64,000 nucleotides of DNA from the NCBI RefSeq assembly GCF_009914755.1, contig NC_060938.1; one strand, 5' to 3'. The notes under the pieces are model-generated. The model did no database searches, was not told the origin of the DNA, and saw nothing but the letters and a program-made list of their open reading frames with translations. The DNA comes from the human T2T-CHM13v2.0 reference genome, Homo sapiens. How positions within the stretch are numbered: position 1 is the first letter of the stretch; each line of letters starts with the position of its first letter. Shown in pieces: positions 36,236-49,063 of the stretch. A program made the position numbers and the translations under genes.

Positions 36236-37894
36236 CTTTACATTTTCTTCTCCAACACAGAATCTAGTGTAGGATTAGGTACTGCATTTAGTTATCATGT
36301 CTACTTAGACTCCTTTAATTTGGAACACGGCCACATCTTTTTTTTTTTTTGACATTGACACTTTTTAAAGAGTCCCTTTTATTGTTCACAGTATTAAAAT
36401 ACTAGATAACCTGTTAGTACCTGGCACAGGGTTAGTACTTATTTATTGCTTGATCTTGAAGACAGATATGCCTCCAAATAGGAAAGAAAAATGATTGGTA
36501 AATGTTCATCTGGGCTGTAAGCACTGTTAAGAGCTGTCTACTTTGCCTTAACTAGTAAAGCATATCCCATGTAATCATTTTTCAGAATTAAATACTATTT
36601 TAATACAAGGGTATCCAGCTCTATTTTACATTGTTGCCTACTCATTACAACATTTCACTGATTTAGTTATACAGTTCTCTGCTTTGGAATTTTAACTTTA
36701 TATGGAATTTTTAAAAAAGTCTGTCAAAACTAGCCATGTCTCCTGATTTGCAAGTGAAGCAACCAAAGAATAGAAAGCACTTCTGGGTGAAATTTAACCT
36801 TTTGATCAGGAGATTATATAATAGACATTTCACATAATTTAAGTGAGAATTCCAGTCTTATGGCCAAAACATAACTATTATTATGGGGAAAATGGACATC
36901 AAGTACATGTTAGAAAATTACTTCTTATAATTTTGCACAGTAAATAAGACTACAAAACACACAGGCTGCACAAATCTCAATGAAGTGCAGAATTATATTG
37001 AATGCTAGGTTAAGGACCTTACCCATTTGACACTAATCTTATTTTGGTGCTCATAGCACAGAGTCCATCAACATTTGATTATCTTCTGTATGGATGTAGA
37101 TTTTCTAATCTTCTTTTCTGTGTAAATCTTACCACTCCACCACAAACAGATGGCAGGAATGTTTTACACAGTACTTTCTTCAGAGTGCAGTGTACATGGT
37201 TGCCATTGAACCAACACTGATAGTTCTGCCAGAAGTAGGAACTGATAGAAGTGTTGCAACACAGGACAAACCTGAGCCTCTAGTCCCAAGTTCCCGACCT
37301 AGCTGGCAGTGTGGCCTTGAGTTTGCTAAGCTTCCATTTTCTCATCCATAAAATGGGAATAATGGTAGTTCCTGCCACATAAAGGCAGTATGAGGTTGGT
37401 ATAAAAGCTTTGAAATGAAATAAAACAGGCTTGTGAGATGGGTCAGTTTGGCCAACATTTCCAATTCTACATTTCAGTGTTCAGCATATTAACATGCTTT
37501 TAGGTTGTTTTTGTGTTTCCAACTGCATATATCTCATCATTCATGAGCTGCTCAATTAAGAAAGTCTGAGCCACCCCTAAAGATGGCAACATGAAATAAA
37601 GCCATCTTTGAAGCACCCAAAATCACAAACAGGGCCTTGCCCAAGGTTAAGTCATGATTCTGCAGGTAAACTATGCACTGCCACAGTATACGGGGACCCC
37701 AAACTGGCTGGTGTAAAAGTCATCCTTCTATAATAGAAATGGAGTCCCAATGCTCTAAATCCTATACAAATCACTTGGGGAATCTCTTTAAAATGAAGAT
37801 TCTCATTTAGTAGGTCTGGAGTGCGGGCTGAGATTCTGCATTTGTAGAATGTGTTTAGTGAAATATTTTGATGCTACCATTCTAAAGACCAATG

Positions 37895-40800
37895 ATAAAT
37901 ACACTGAAACTTTATTAAAAGGTCAGGGTATATAGAAAACAAAAGGCATGTTTGCAAAATTATTTATTTACATCTTAAGCTCACATTAAAATCTTTCTAG
38001 GATAGAATGGCTAAGATGAAATATACAAAGCTGATATAAACACAGAACTCATTAATCTTTATCTGAACAGAAACATAGAGATGGCTTTAGATAATCTGTT
38101 TTTCCTTCACAAACCAATGTTCCCTTAAGTCATGCCATGATAATGTCTCCCCATTAAGAACTTAACTTGTATTGCCCAAAAAAGCTGAGAAGCAAAAAGC
38201 TAACTTTGATTTGTTAAACAGCTATTCATATGCCACAAAACCAAAACTATTTTACAGTGCTGAGAGGTCCAGATAGGTCCAAACATGATGATTTTTAAAT
38301 GAGTGCTTTGGTTAATTAGGCTTTGACTTGGTTTTTGGCATTACTTGTATAATTATATCATTCCAATGAGTCACTACAGGTAATCCATTCAAAACATGAC
38401 TTGCTTAATACTATCACAAAGCACTTAGCCTTGCCTTGACTGGAAATACCTTTAAGATGCTGACAATAGCAACAATTTCTCCTTTCCTTCACTCAGCAAA
38501 AGAAATCACATAAATCACAAAATAAAAAATTCATTTCTCACATGTTAAAAAAGCAAAGTCTGCCATAAACCCTTAGAGAAGAAACAGTTTCTCATAATAT
38601 CTGCCCTGGGTAATAGTGCATTATTAAAATACTAGACCTGCAAGATCTCTTCCTATGCCTTGGAAGCCTATGACTTCATGATCTATTCATGAAAAATATG
38701 CCGAAGGCTAAATATGCAATGCATTGAAATTTCTGGGAAGAATTCACATTTAAAACAGTTTAAAAAATCTGGATTTAGTAAGAGTTTTAGAAAAATAAAT
38801 AAAACACTGTGGTTCTACTTCTCCCCTTCTACTCTCCCTTCACAAATCTAAGCTTAAGTGCAGGCTTCTAAAAAGCAGAAGAGAGTACAATAGGATGAGA
38901 GAGGTGGGTTTTACTATCCACATTTTCCTTTTCTTAGTGTAACGTATTATCTCAAAGGCAAACTTGATTCCCTTTTCTTGAAACGAAGATCCCATCTTCT
39001 GAGACGATCTTAAATAATTGTTCTTAAATCAAAAAGTTTGAAAATCAGTGCTTTTAATAAGCAACTAAATGCCTATAAAATATATAACTTAATATTTTGA
39101 AGAATGCTATTGTAAAGTTTGAAACAAGATCTAAACATTTTTAAGTTTACATTTAATGTCTTTAAAAGGTCTTTTAAAAGCTATAAGTTCTATTATAAAT
39201 TGCCAACTAAATTATAAATTGCCACTCACCTTCTCAAAAATTGTTGCACAAATGCATACATTTAAGGTATCTGTATGGTATTTCTCATATTGATCTTTTT
39301 CCCAATCTCATAAGTGGGATAAAATGAGAAATTAAGCACCTAGATGTTGGTTAAATTCATTTGAGCAGCATTTTGATTTTGAATAGAGATTCTAAATGTA
39401 GTCTAAACTTTCCAGAAAGTCATATTTACATTCATTGTACATTTTATATACACATAAATACAAATTTATAGGAAATAAACAAATTAACCTACACCTCTCA
39501 TACTGTAAAAGACAAAAATTAAAAATACAACAACCATGATCACATGCTAAGGCCAGCTATCTGGGAAATATTATTGTTCAGTTCCAACAGCAATAACTTT
39601 GAGTAACTTGACACATATCACATAAATACACTACAGGTACTTAGTTTATTTTTGTCCTTAGCCTAGGCCAATCCACAGTTTTAAGTGAAACAATTTTCTG
39701 TGAAAGCTAATGCCATACAAGTAGTCAAACACTTACTAGAAATGTCTGCACCGCAGAAGAAAGATCTAAAGAAGGCATAATAGCAGATGTCAAATATTTT
39801 GAAGTATAATTATAGGGAAGGATTAAAATTAACTCTTTATCCAGGGGGAACTCAGGGCTTTCTGACAAGAGCTGTGCAAAAATTCAAAGGTTTGCTTCAT
39901 CAGTGTGAACTCCCAGTCCCACAAAAAACAGTGCCTTGTCAAGGCTCTTGTAGTGAGGCCTCCTGGGTTGACCGGTGAGACTCATAAGCCCCCAAGAAAC
40001 CCTGAAGTTCCCTGATGGAAATTATTTTGTTGAGATTGAGTTTCTGACATGATGACTTCTTGGGCAGTTTGCTTTCTCTTGTGTTCCTGCCCATAAAGCA
40101 GTGCTTGATTTTGCTGTTCACCTTTTGTAAATAGATGGGCTTGGCCCTCCAGGAATATATCAAAGTGAACTTTTCGGATTATTGTCTCATGAAAACAAGC
40201 AGGTTGTTGTGATGAACTTGGAAAGTGCCCTGCACCTAGTAAGTCTTCCACCAACTGCTGGCGGAAGTGGCTAGAAGCAGAGATTATAATTGGAAGAAAA
40301 AAAAGGTTACCGAATCTAAAATGTTGACTGTTCTATAAAGTTTTGATCTTGAGCATGAGTGGAAAGTCCTATTTGGCACTCCTTGACCTCAGGTGGCATG
40401 CCAATGATTATCACAGTAAGAAATTCTTAGAATCAGATTTGAGGTATAGAAGGAATAAGAAACACAGAAAATTTTGACCTATATTAAATAAACTCTTCTA
40501 TAAGTCAGGTTTTTAACCCTAAAATCAAGGCCTTTTTTCCCCCAGAATATTAAATTTACTAAAAACGTAGAAATAAAAATTCTAGTATGGCTGTAAATAT
40601 ATAAGACAAATAAATGAGGTCACATGGTTTATACATTTCAAATTCTTAGAGAGGCCCTACAGTAGTTCAGGAAGACAGTTTACAGTATTGTTCCCTGAGT
40701 TCTTGAGGCAACCTCAAGTAAATTTATGAACTCTAAGATTTGAGAGACAGAAAACCTACATGGTCTGCTTATCCCTCTTTTCTAAGAGTAGCTATTTACT

Positions 40801-41595
40801 CCAAAGTGGTTTGTTCAGTGCTTTCCCTATAGTTCAACTGCTTTAATTATGTGGCTTTATCCGTTTCTTAGAAGACCAGCTCCCCAAATGAAACTTTTAA
40901 GAGAAAGAAGAAAAGGCTGTTTAAAGCAAGTAAGCTTTTAACATTAGTTAAGAGTGCAATTGAGTAAATCAGTTCTAAATCTATAATACAAGAAGAGTGG
41001 TAATACTGTCACAGGTGTTAGAAGGTTAGAATTCTACAGATTTGGGTTTGTCTGATGTCAGCGGTTAATAACCACTTAATAAGCCCTGCCTCCTAACCAA
41101 TTATACTCTACTAATTGTCTACCAATTCAAAGAACCAAAACTATTATAATGACTTTCCAGTATTTAAATATGTAAGAACACCTAAATTTGGTTTTAAAAT
41201 AAAGTTTATAACAACCATTCTCATCAGATCTCAAACTTCAAATATCTAGATTTTACACATAGATTTGTAATAATTAAAAAAAAAACCAAAACCACAAAAA
41301 CTCATTCAAAACTGGTATTTTTTAGGTTCTTGAATTTTCATATGTCCACATTCTTGGTGGCTATTAAAATTTTAAAATAAATTCAAATCTTGGGAATAAT
41401 TTAAGTAGTGAAATATGTGAGTATTTATTTTCAAACTCCCATAAGGGTCTATTTAGAAAAACTAATTATGATAAATGGAAACTCCAGTTGTGTTGCTGGC
41501 AGTTTTAGGTTAGGCTTAATTTTAAGTTGAGAACCTACTGAAATGTTCATCTATTTCAGTAAAGTGCACAAATATGAGTGTACCCTTTGGTTTGG
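37895..41595 (-). other. NIN: NIN distal 3'UTR (~3.7 kb)
   Basis: Repeat-free AU-rich stretch from the TAG at 41596-41598 to the AATAAA pair; exact 3' end is inferred. Confidence 0.7.
37911..37916 (-). terminator. NIN: Probable distal NIN polyadenylation signal (AATAAA; a second at 37963-37968)
   Basis: TTTATT on + strand at the end of the repeat-free AU-rich UTR block. Confidence 0.65.
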
Positions 41596-41805
41596 CTATG
41601 ACCTCAAAGGAGGTGTAGAAGTCAATGGCGCTGGTGTCAGATTCCTAACTATATTACTGAGGCTGGCAATCTTCTCCTCCAGGAGGTAATTTTTCTTCTC
41701 TGCTGTTTTCTGTCGCTGTTCAGTCACTTCCAGAGCTTTCAACAACTGGGCATTTTCAACATACAAGTCCTTCACCATTGCGTCTGCCTTAGTGTTCTTG
41801 CAGAG
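41596..41805 (-). CDS. NIN: Ninein distal last coding exon (LCKNTKADAMVKDLYVENAQ...TSTPPLRS*)
   Basis: ttctag acceptor at 41806, phase 0, recognised ninein C-terminus. Confidence 0.96.
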   Translation of the reverse strand, partial: LCKNTKADAMVKDLYVENAQLLKALEVTEQRQKTAEKKNYLLEEKIASLSNIVRNLTPAPLTSTPPLRS

Positions 41806-43724
41806 CTAGAAACAGAACCAGAAACATCTTGACTCCATTTCTGTAACTCTTCTTAAACCTTCAGTTTAAGGTCTGACATAAGGACAGTTGTTTTATAAAG
41901 GCAAATCACTTCGTCTAATTATATTCTTTTATTTTACAAAATAGCTTTAACATCAGACTTGGCATCAGGGACACCATTGGAACAAATCTACTTTTTCTAA
42001 GCTATTTCTTTGCATGAGATGTTTATGTCAGTTACTAATAGAACAGATTGATATTAGATGGCACCAAAAGTTTTTTTTCTACCTAAATAGGCATTATTTC
42101 TGTATTTATTCTTTAAAAATATCAAATACTTTTATAACTTAAATTCCTGAGGTGTCAGGTGTGGACTGTTTAACTCTGCTTGTAACAACAGATACTTGAA
42201 CTTACCATTCGTAACTACAACCCACTGATTATTTTAAAATTTAGCTCATGTATTATAACAGAGATAAGATTTGGGCAGTTACTTCTCCTGAATTGTCTTT
42301 GTTTTTGTTTTGTTTTGCATGGGGCCTTGTCTAGTCTAATCTTTATAGTTAGAATATATGGTCTAGGTTGGGGTGGGAAAACTTGTTAGCAGCCTTGGGA
42401 TACTTTCATTGTTGTTCTGGTTAATATTTTCCAGTCCCCCTTCCCATGTTACAAGTGTTCATTTTACACCCAATTTCAAGTAGGGCATCTAAAAGTATAA
42501 AGGTTTATGAGAATAAAGAGTAACTAAAGAGTAGCTTAACAACCTATTAGCATTTCAAAGGGCAGGGATAAGGATGACAGCACTCTCAAGCTCAGAACCT
42601 AGATGACTGGCAGACATCACATAACATTTCAGAACATATTTTCTGTTGAACTTCCTGAATACAACTTTTTTTCCTCCCTCCCTCTCTTCCTTTCCTTAAA
42701 AAAACACTTTGATGGTTCTTCATTGCCGACAGAATAAAAATCAAGCTTCTTTCTTGGCTCAGCACTGGAGGCCTACTGTCCTGTTCCCCCTTCCTCTCTA
42801 GTCTCTCCTCCTGCTTCTCCCAGGACAGTGTGAACTGGCAATGCTGAAGTGTTTATACGTGTCCACACCCCACATGTGGTCATAACTCCATGATGTTCCC
42901 ACAGCCTAGGATACCCTTCCCCACACTTTCTTAACTAGTTGAAATCTTAACTCTCAAGATGCAGCTTCAGAGGTCTTCAGGAAGCTTTCTTTAAACTCCT
43001 GGGTTGGATCAAATATGTCTTTCTCTTGTGTTCTCCTCTACTGAAAACAGGACGGATCCCACTTATTTCTGAACCTACCATTTGGCCAAATGCTTGGCAC
43101 CTTGTAAGTGCATTCTATATGGGCAGGGGCTTTGTTCACTGTTGTATCCCTGTGCCCACGGCAGGACCTGGCCCACAGTAACTATGTGTTGAATGCTTGA
43201 ATATGTAAAGAACTGAATGGATAAATGCTCACTGAATGGGACTTTTTCTTCCCTGTGTATTAAGAAACAGGACAACCAAAAGTTGCTGTCTACAGCTGAA
43301 TTCAGACCCTCTCTTGGGGTTGTTATTCTTAGCTTTTAAGTATCTAAAGAACTAGGTTGGGCATTTTCTGCCCCCCACCCCACATGTTCATCTCAGTTTC
43401 CAGAGAGGCTATAACACTCTCCCAGAGGGTAGTACTTTCTGCTTGTCTCTTCAGTGGATGCGCAACTAATTTCTAAACACCAAGGCCACATCTGCCACCA
43501 GCAGGTGAAAAGGAGCAGGCTGTTTAAGTGGTCCTGGAATCTGGGGTCTAGATTCTAACTCAAAGTACATCTTTTTGGAGTCTAGCTGTAGCAATAAGAT
43601 ACTTGTTGAGGTTTTCATAAGCTGTTGGGAACAGGAAAGCTAAAGTTCCATTTATTATCCCCCTATTTTTTTAACCAATATCATTTTTCAATTTAAATAG
43701 GAATATTTCCTGTCTTGGGCAGAG

Positions 43725-43800
43725 AAAAATCTGTTGATTCACAGGGACCTAAAGCATGTGAATGGACATGCTTTAGGTCTATGTGAATCAATAGATTTTT
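43725..43800. repeat. Inverted repeat with 35-bp arms (32/35 complementary) and a 6-nt loop
   Basis: AAAAATCTGTTGATTCACAGGGACCTAAAGCATGT-GAATGG-ACATGCTTTAGGTCTATGTGAATCAATAGATTTTT. Confidence 0.95.
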
Positions 43801-43978
43801 TTTGATCTTTAAAATCTTAGGTCCATGTAAATCATGTTAGCAAAGATTTACACTTTTAAATTGTGGACAAACATGCCTTAAACAGAGCTTTGGAAAAAAT
43901 ACAGAGTTCGTATTTTTTGGGGTGATATGAGGGATAGCAAATCCTAAGTTCTTACAGACATTTATAATAGAATTTGCC

Positions 43979-43984
43979 TTTATT
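43979..43984 (-). terminator. NIN: Intronic poly(A) signal for the read-through NIN isoform
   Basis: AATAAA 20 nt after the TAA at 44005-44007. Confidence 0.65.
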
Positions 43985-44004
43985 AGACAACATAAGTTAA
44001 CGAG

Positions 44005-44085
44005 TTAATGGCAATAAAGGGATGTAAAACTGGAGTTAAAGCTGGAATGTGAGGTGGGTGAACAGAGATGACCGGGTAGGCTCAC
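44005..44085 (-). CDS. NIN: Alternative ninein C-terminus from donor read-through (VSLPGHLCSPTSHSSFNSSFTSLYCH*)
   Basis: In-frame extension past the GTGAG donor; matches a recalled ninein isoform end. Confidence 0.8.
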   Translation of the reverse strand: MSLPGHLCSPTSHSSFNSSFTSLYCH

Positions 44086-44199
44086 TTGTTCTTTGAGCTG
44101 ATTCACTTTCTCTTGAAGAAGCCTTTTCACTAGTTTCAGTTTCTGTTCAACTTCTATCATTCGTTCCTCCATGACAGTTACCAGTTGTTCCTGGTTTCC
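44086..44199 (-). CDS. NIN: Ninein exon (GNQEQLVTVMEERMIEVEQKLKLVKRLLQEKVNQLKEQ)
   Basis: 114 nt, AG/GT boundaries, phase 0. Confidence 0.96.
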
Positions 44200-45380
44200 C
44201 TGAAGGGAAGAAAAGTATATTATTCGAAAATCATGTCACACTGAAAACACTGGTTTATTTTCCCCACAAGATGCCTAGAGAAAGGACAGCAAATGTTTTG
44301 CCTTTGTAACAGGAAGGATGGATTTCTCATGAAATGAGAGTTTTGAGCCCTGCATGGATTGCATATGTCAGAAAAGTAACCCTATCAGATAAAGGATCAG
44401 ACTGAAAAATCAAAAGAATCTTACCTGTGTTACCATCATCCCCCTGATATAAAGCAAAATTCTGAAAACCCATAATTTAATACCTGTGAGTACCTCTAGT
44501 AAAATGGACATCCAAGGTAACTTGGAAGATCGCTATCAACCTCCCATCTGTGATCTGGGTCTCTGCAATGTTATGGGCCTCTCAACAACAAAACAAGCAC
44601 TGAATATATTCAGGGTTTCCTAACATATCCAATCAGCTTGCAATATGCATGTCTGTTTTTCCTTTGAAGTGGCTGATGACTGTGAGGGTGGTAAGTTTCT
44701 TTCTTCATAATAGCCTCTTCCTGCCAATTTTTCTAGTCATCTGTTTCCCACTTGTAAATGTGAAGCACACATCTGGATTGGAGGATGGGTTTACTATCAG
44801 AGCAGATTGAAAATGAAAAATCTCCTGTTCTCACACAACGGTGATGGGTTAAGGAGTAAGTGAGTTTTGGAGAGGAGAGAGACCTAGAGAGATTAGAATG
44901 CAATTGACTTATTAGAATGCAACCCCCATCCCTCTGCAGTCCACCAAAATGTCCCCATAAGGAATTTCAGATTTCATAAAGGTATTAACAGCTGATGGTA
45001 GTTAAGATATACTTTAAAAGACATGCAGAATGACTAAACATGAGTCAAAGGCTACCATCTGTTTAGATACTAAGTAGTAACACTTAATCATAAAAGAAAC
45101 CCTAAATCATGTAGTAACTATCCGGAGGATAAAAATTGTAATAGGCAAAGGTCTAATGCAGGAAGTAAGTTACAAAAAATTGGGCCTGGAGGACATCTAG
45201 CTTTTAAAAAGGCCTATATTTAAAAAAAAATAATAGCTTTTTAAAGTTCAAACATAAATACAAAATGTCTGATGTCTATTTGCCCAACAAAGCAAAACAA
45301 AAAAAAAGATAATTCAAAGAACATAGAGTTGGCAAAAGAGTGGAAAAACAGGAAAAACAAAGGCAGTCATATACTTAAAA

Positions 45381-45391
45381 TTTATTTTATT
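45381..45391 (-). terminator. NIN: Overlapping AATAAAATAAA poly(A) signal for the proximal alternative last exon
   Basis: ~440 nt after the TGA at 45826-45828. Confidence 0.6.
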
Positions 45392-45825
45392 GTTTCATCA
45401 AAAATTTCCTGTCAAAAAGATTTGTACATCTTATACAAAACAGTATAAATACCCCTGGTTTTCTTCAAATTCCATATATAAAAGTAGTACCTTTGGTTAA
45501 AAATAGTTACAACATATGGAATGAGAAAATATATAGACTACATCCTTTCAAGAATCTTAAATCCACACTCTTTAAAGGGTATAAATAAAATGATTTGTAA
45601 CAAGCTGATGTTTGTGAATTTGATTCACAAGATCTGTCATTTCTACATAAATAAATAAGAGACATAATACTGCAAAGGTTTAACAGTAAAAATAATAAAA
45701 TAATTTAAAAGAGCACTTAATTCCAACATATCTTAGCTTATGTCTCTGTGTGTGGTGTGTGTGCATGGGTGGGTGTGTGCATCTGTCTGCCATGGTAAGA
45801 AATGCCATCAATAGCAGCCCAGTTT

Positions 45826-45888
45826 TCACAGGTGCCCAATCCTTCTGTAGGAATCTGCGTGCACTGCTCGCTGCTCCGGTAGCAAGGC
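45826..45888 (-). CDS. NIN: Ninein alternative terminal exon (ALLPEQRAVHADSYRRIGHL*)
   Basis: Strong acceptor ttctttctctag, phase 0, recalled ninein isoform C-terminus. Confidence 0.88.
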   Translation of the reverse strand, partial: ALLPEQRAVHADSYRRIGHL

Positions 45889-47389
45889 CTAGAGAAAGAA
45901 GGCAAGTAGTACACTTCACCCTCATGTCAGGATGAGTTTTTAGGGGGAGTCTAAATTCACACATCTACAATGCAAACAATTTTTAAAAGCACACACATTA
46001 ACACTACATAGGCAAGCAAAGCAACACAAAATGCAGAAGAGATCACATCACTCCACACACAGAAACGTGCAGATTTAACAATATTCTGCATTCTTAAAAT
46101 TAGTGTCAGCTCAGCAGCGGGAAATGGGAGAGCCTGCAGTAGCATTCTGGTGAGAGTAATAAGCCGTCCACTCTGTCATCTGGTTGGAGGATTTTTTTTT
46201 TTCTTTCAAAAATCTTAGTTTTTGTCTAATCCTGAAGGAATTGGAGGAAAAGGATATTTTTTTTAACATTGGTGGGTGGGTTGGAAACAGCAGGCTTTGA
46301 AAATAGGGTGTAAGAGAGCAATGAGAAGAATCTTGGCGGATCATTTGGTTAGAAGGTCCACTAAAAACTGAGATCAAAGTTTTGTAGTTCAATTATATAC
46401 TGGAGAGTTAAAGCATCTAACACTCTACCATCACAATTTAAGAACTTTAATACTGGGAAGTTGAAGAGGTATGTATAAAGCTTCCAAAAACAGATTTTAA
46501 AGCTCATAAAACAAAAACCTTCTAAAGTTTATTAGAAATACAGCATAGGTACATATGTAGAGGGAAAAGTTTATTAGAACTGACAAGTGGTAGGAGTACT
46601 TCGTAATTAAACATAGATGGATAGTAGAAGAAACAGAACTGTTCCTATGTAGAGTTCCAGAGCTAATGTGACTGCAAAGCCACTTTGAGGGGATTCAAAT
46701 AAGAGATAGGAAATTCCTTGTCAAGCATTAACTGAGTGGCAAGGTATCTGAACACACAAGCGCATGCAAACCAGAAAGGATTAACGTAGAATTCCACAAA
46801 GAAGGACTTCTTATTTTATTCCTAGTTCTGAATTAACTAAATAGGCAAGCTGCAAGAGTTAAACTTCTGAGAAAGGATGATGAATGAAGCATTAAAGAGA
46901 AATAACTCTGAATACTTGAAAACCTAAGTAATATAAGATTGGATGTGGTGGTGAGCTGGGATCATGCTAATGCAAACAATGAAAAGATTTTTATTTTCTT
47001 AAATAGTTTTATGAACTATGTCAACTAGAAAGATGTCACTGACTATACACTCTATTTGTTGTGAAAAGTCATCACTTGTGATTTTCATGGGATGCAGCAG
47101 GCTGCAAGGCTCTGGCACAGGAAAGCTCAGTGTACTTTGTTAGTAGCGCATATCCTAGCAACATTTAAATTCTGTAATATTTTTGGCATGGGATGGGAAC
47201 ATCAGGCCAATTGTGCGCTGTGTTTAAGTGATCCTGATACTTCATCGTTTATTACAAATGGGCAAATCGTCTATTACAGAACACTAAATGACTCAGCTTA
47301 GAAGCTGAGAGCTCAAAAGTAGCACCGCAGTTCTATGGATTTGTCATACAGGTTAAATATCTCTCTGAAAGAAGATTTAGGATTGTGAT

Positions 47390-47560
47390 TTTGTTTTTTT
47401 TTTTTTTAAATTTAAGAGATGGAGTCTTGCTATGATGCCCAGGCTGGAGTACAGTGGCTATTCACACACATGATCGTAGCTCACTGCAGCCTTGAACCTC
47501 TGGCCTCAAGCGATCCTCCCGTCTCAGCCTCCCAAGTAGCTGGGACTACAGGTGTGTGCC
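47390..47560 (-). mobile_element. Alu monomer (AluJ/FRAM-like)
   Basis: Alu arm with poly-T. Confidence 0.8.
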
Positions 47561-47661
47561 ATCAGATTTAGGTTCTTTCTCTCCACCTTTGAACTGGTAT
47601 AACTTTCAAATAAACAGGTAAAATTAACAGGTGATCTACTAGAGTAGAGAGAGCTTCATAC

Positions 47662-47862
47662 CTGTGGTGTGTTGGTTTCGGAGGTCCTGTTTTCAAGTTC
47701 CTCCTGCAGGTGCTGGTTTATCCTTTCTGCCTGCAGCAGCTGGCGTTGAAGCTGCAGAAACTGCTCCCTGGGCACCATCGGACAGGCTTGCTGCTGGAGC
47801 AGCTGCAAATCCCAAGCATGAGGGGACGGGCTAGGCGTCGCAGTGGACCTCAGGTGCTGCAT
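47662..47862 (-). CDS. NIN: Ninein exon (MQHLRSTATPSPSP...RTSETNTPQ)
   Basis: 201 nt, cag acceptor and gtatga donor, phase 0. Confidence 0.96.
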
Positions 47863-49063
47863 CTGAAGGACAAGGGCAAAGCCCTGTTCAGCTGAGTCCC
47901 TTCAATCCCAGAGCTGCCCTTTATGGTGTCAGGCAGTGAGTAATGAAGACTATTAATTCATTAATAACCCCAGACCCACTGAAACTTGGAAACAGGACAG
48001 CATATGGGCCCGAGGAATACAGAAATGAGAAAAGCTATTTCGCTTAGCAGAGAATATGCTTAATAAGTAGGCTTTCTCAAAAGTTTTAGGCTTAAAAAGC
48101 CCTTCCCAACTCTGGAGTGATATTAAGGGCATGATGTACATAATACATGTGAATTCTATTTCATTTTTTCTTATACTGGAATAATTACCTCCCCCCTTTT
48201 AAAAACTGGGGTTGGAGAAAGTGGCTATGCTTTAGGGTTTTACCACTTTACCATTCATAAAGATTGTTAAATGTTCAATGACTATATTTTTTCCAACCCC
48301 AAGTTAGCAATTTTTTTTGGAAGAACCTCATCTTGCATCTAAAATTATTTTAACCTACCTTTAGTTTATCAATATGTAATTATACCCTTAGATTAAACAG
48401 CACAAGACAGACAATTCTGGGGCATAAAGCAATAATATCCTAGAACATCTGGGAACTGGAGAACATGGAATGGAAGTATTCAAGACAATGAGGAAATGTG
48501 TACCAACATGCCAGTCAAAGTGGGGGAGAGGAAAGGGAGGACGATGCACAGCATTTTGGGCAGTGAGGCAGGCCACCTCACATCTATACACACGCGGAGC
48601 ATGCAACAAACATTACCAAGACTAAACTCAAGAAGCGGCACCTCCAGGCTTGTGAGAAGGTGGAAAAGGACCTCTAAGACTCGGCTATAACTAAATGTTG
48701 TCATGAAATGTCAGAGCCACTATCCATTTCCTTATATCTAAATTTCTAGGTGGGGGTGGGGGCATTGCCCACTTTGAAATACCTCTAGTTGTAGATTCAG
48801 AAAACCACTTTGTTTTCATGATAAAAATTATGGAGAATTATCCCATAATTTTATATCAGTGGGATAATTTTCTTCATATATAATGCTTTAAATACTGAGG
48901 AAAAGTTTGATGTAAACAGACATATTATACCATTAAAACAAAATGAATACTGGCTCTTTCCTTAAGTACTTATTAACTGTTACAATCAACAGAAATAACA
49001 TGAGCAAGGGGTTTAATGAGATGGCTCCATGCTATGAAAGTTCATTGAAAGAGAATGTTCTAC

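Noticed and set aside
45031-45047. Adjacent AP-1-like sites TGACTAA and TGAGTCA
   Set aside because: 7-mers expected by chance; an enhancer cannot be called from sequence alone.
46111-46190. Possible additional NIN terminal exon MTEWTAYYSHQNATAGSPISRC*
   Set aside because: The candidate acceptor is preceded by an A run rather than a pyrimidine tract; no other support.
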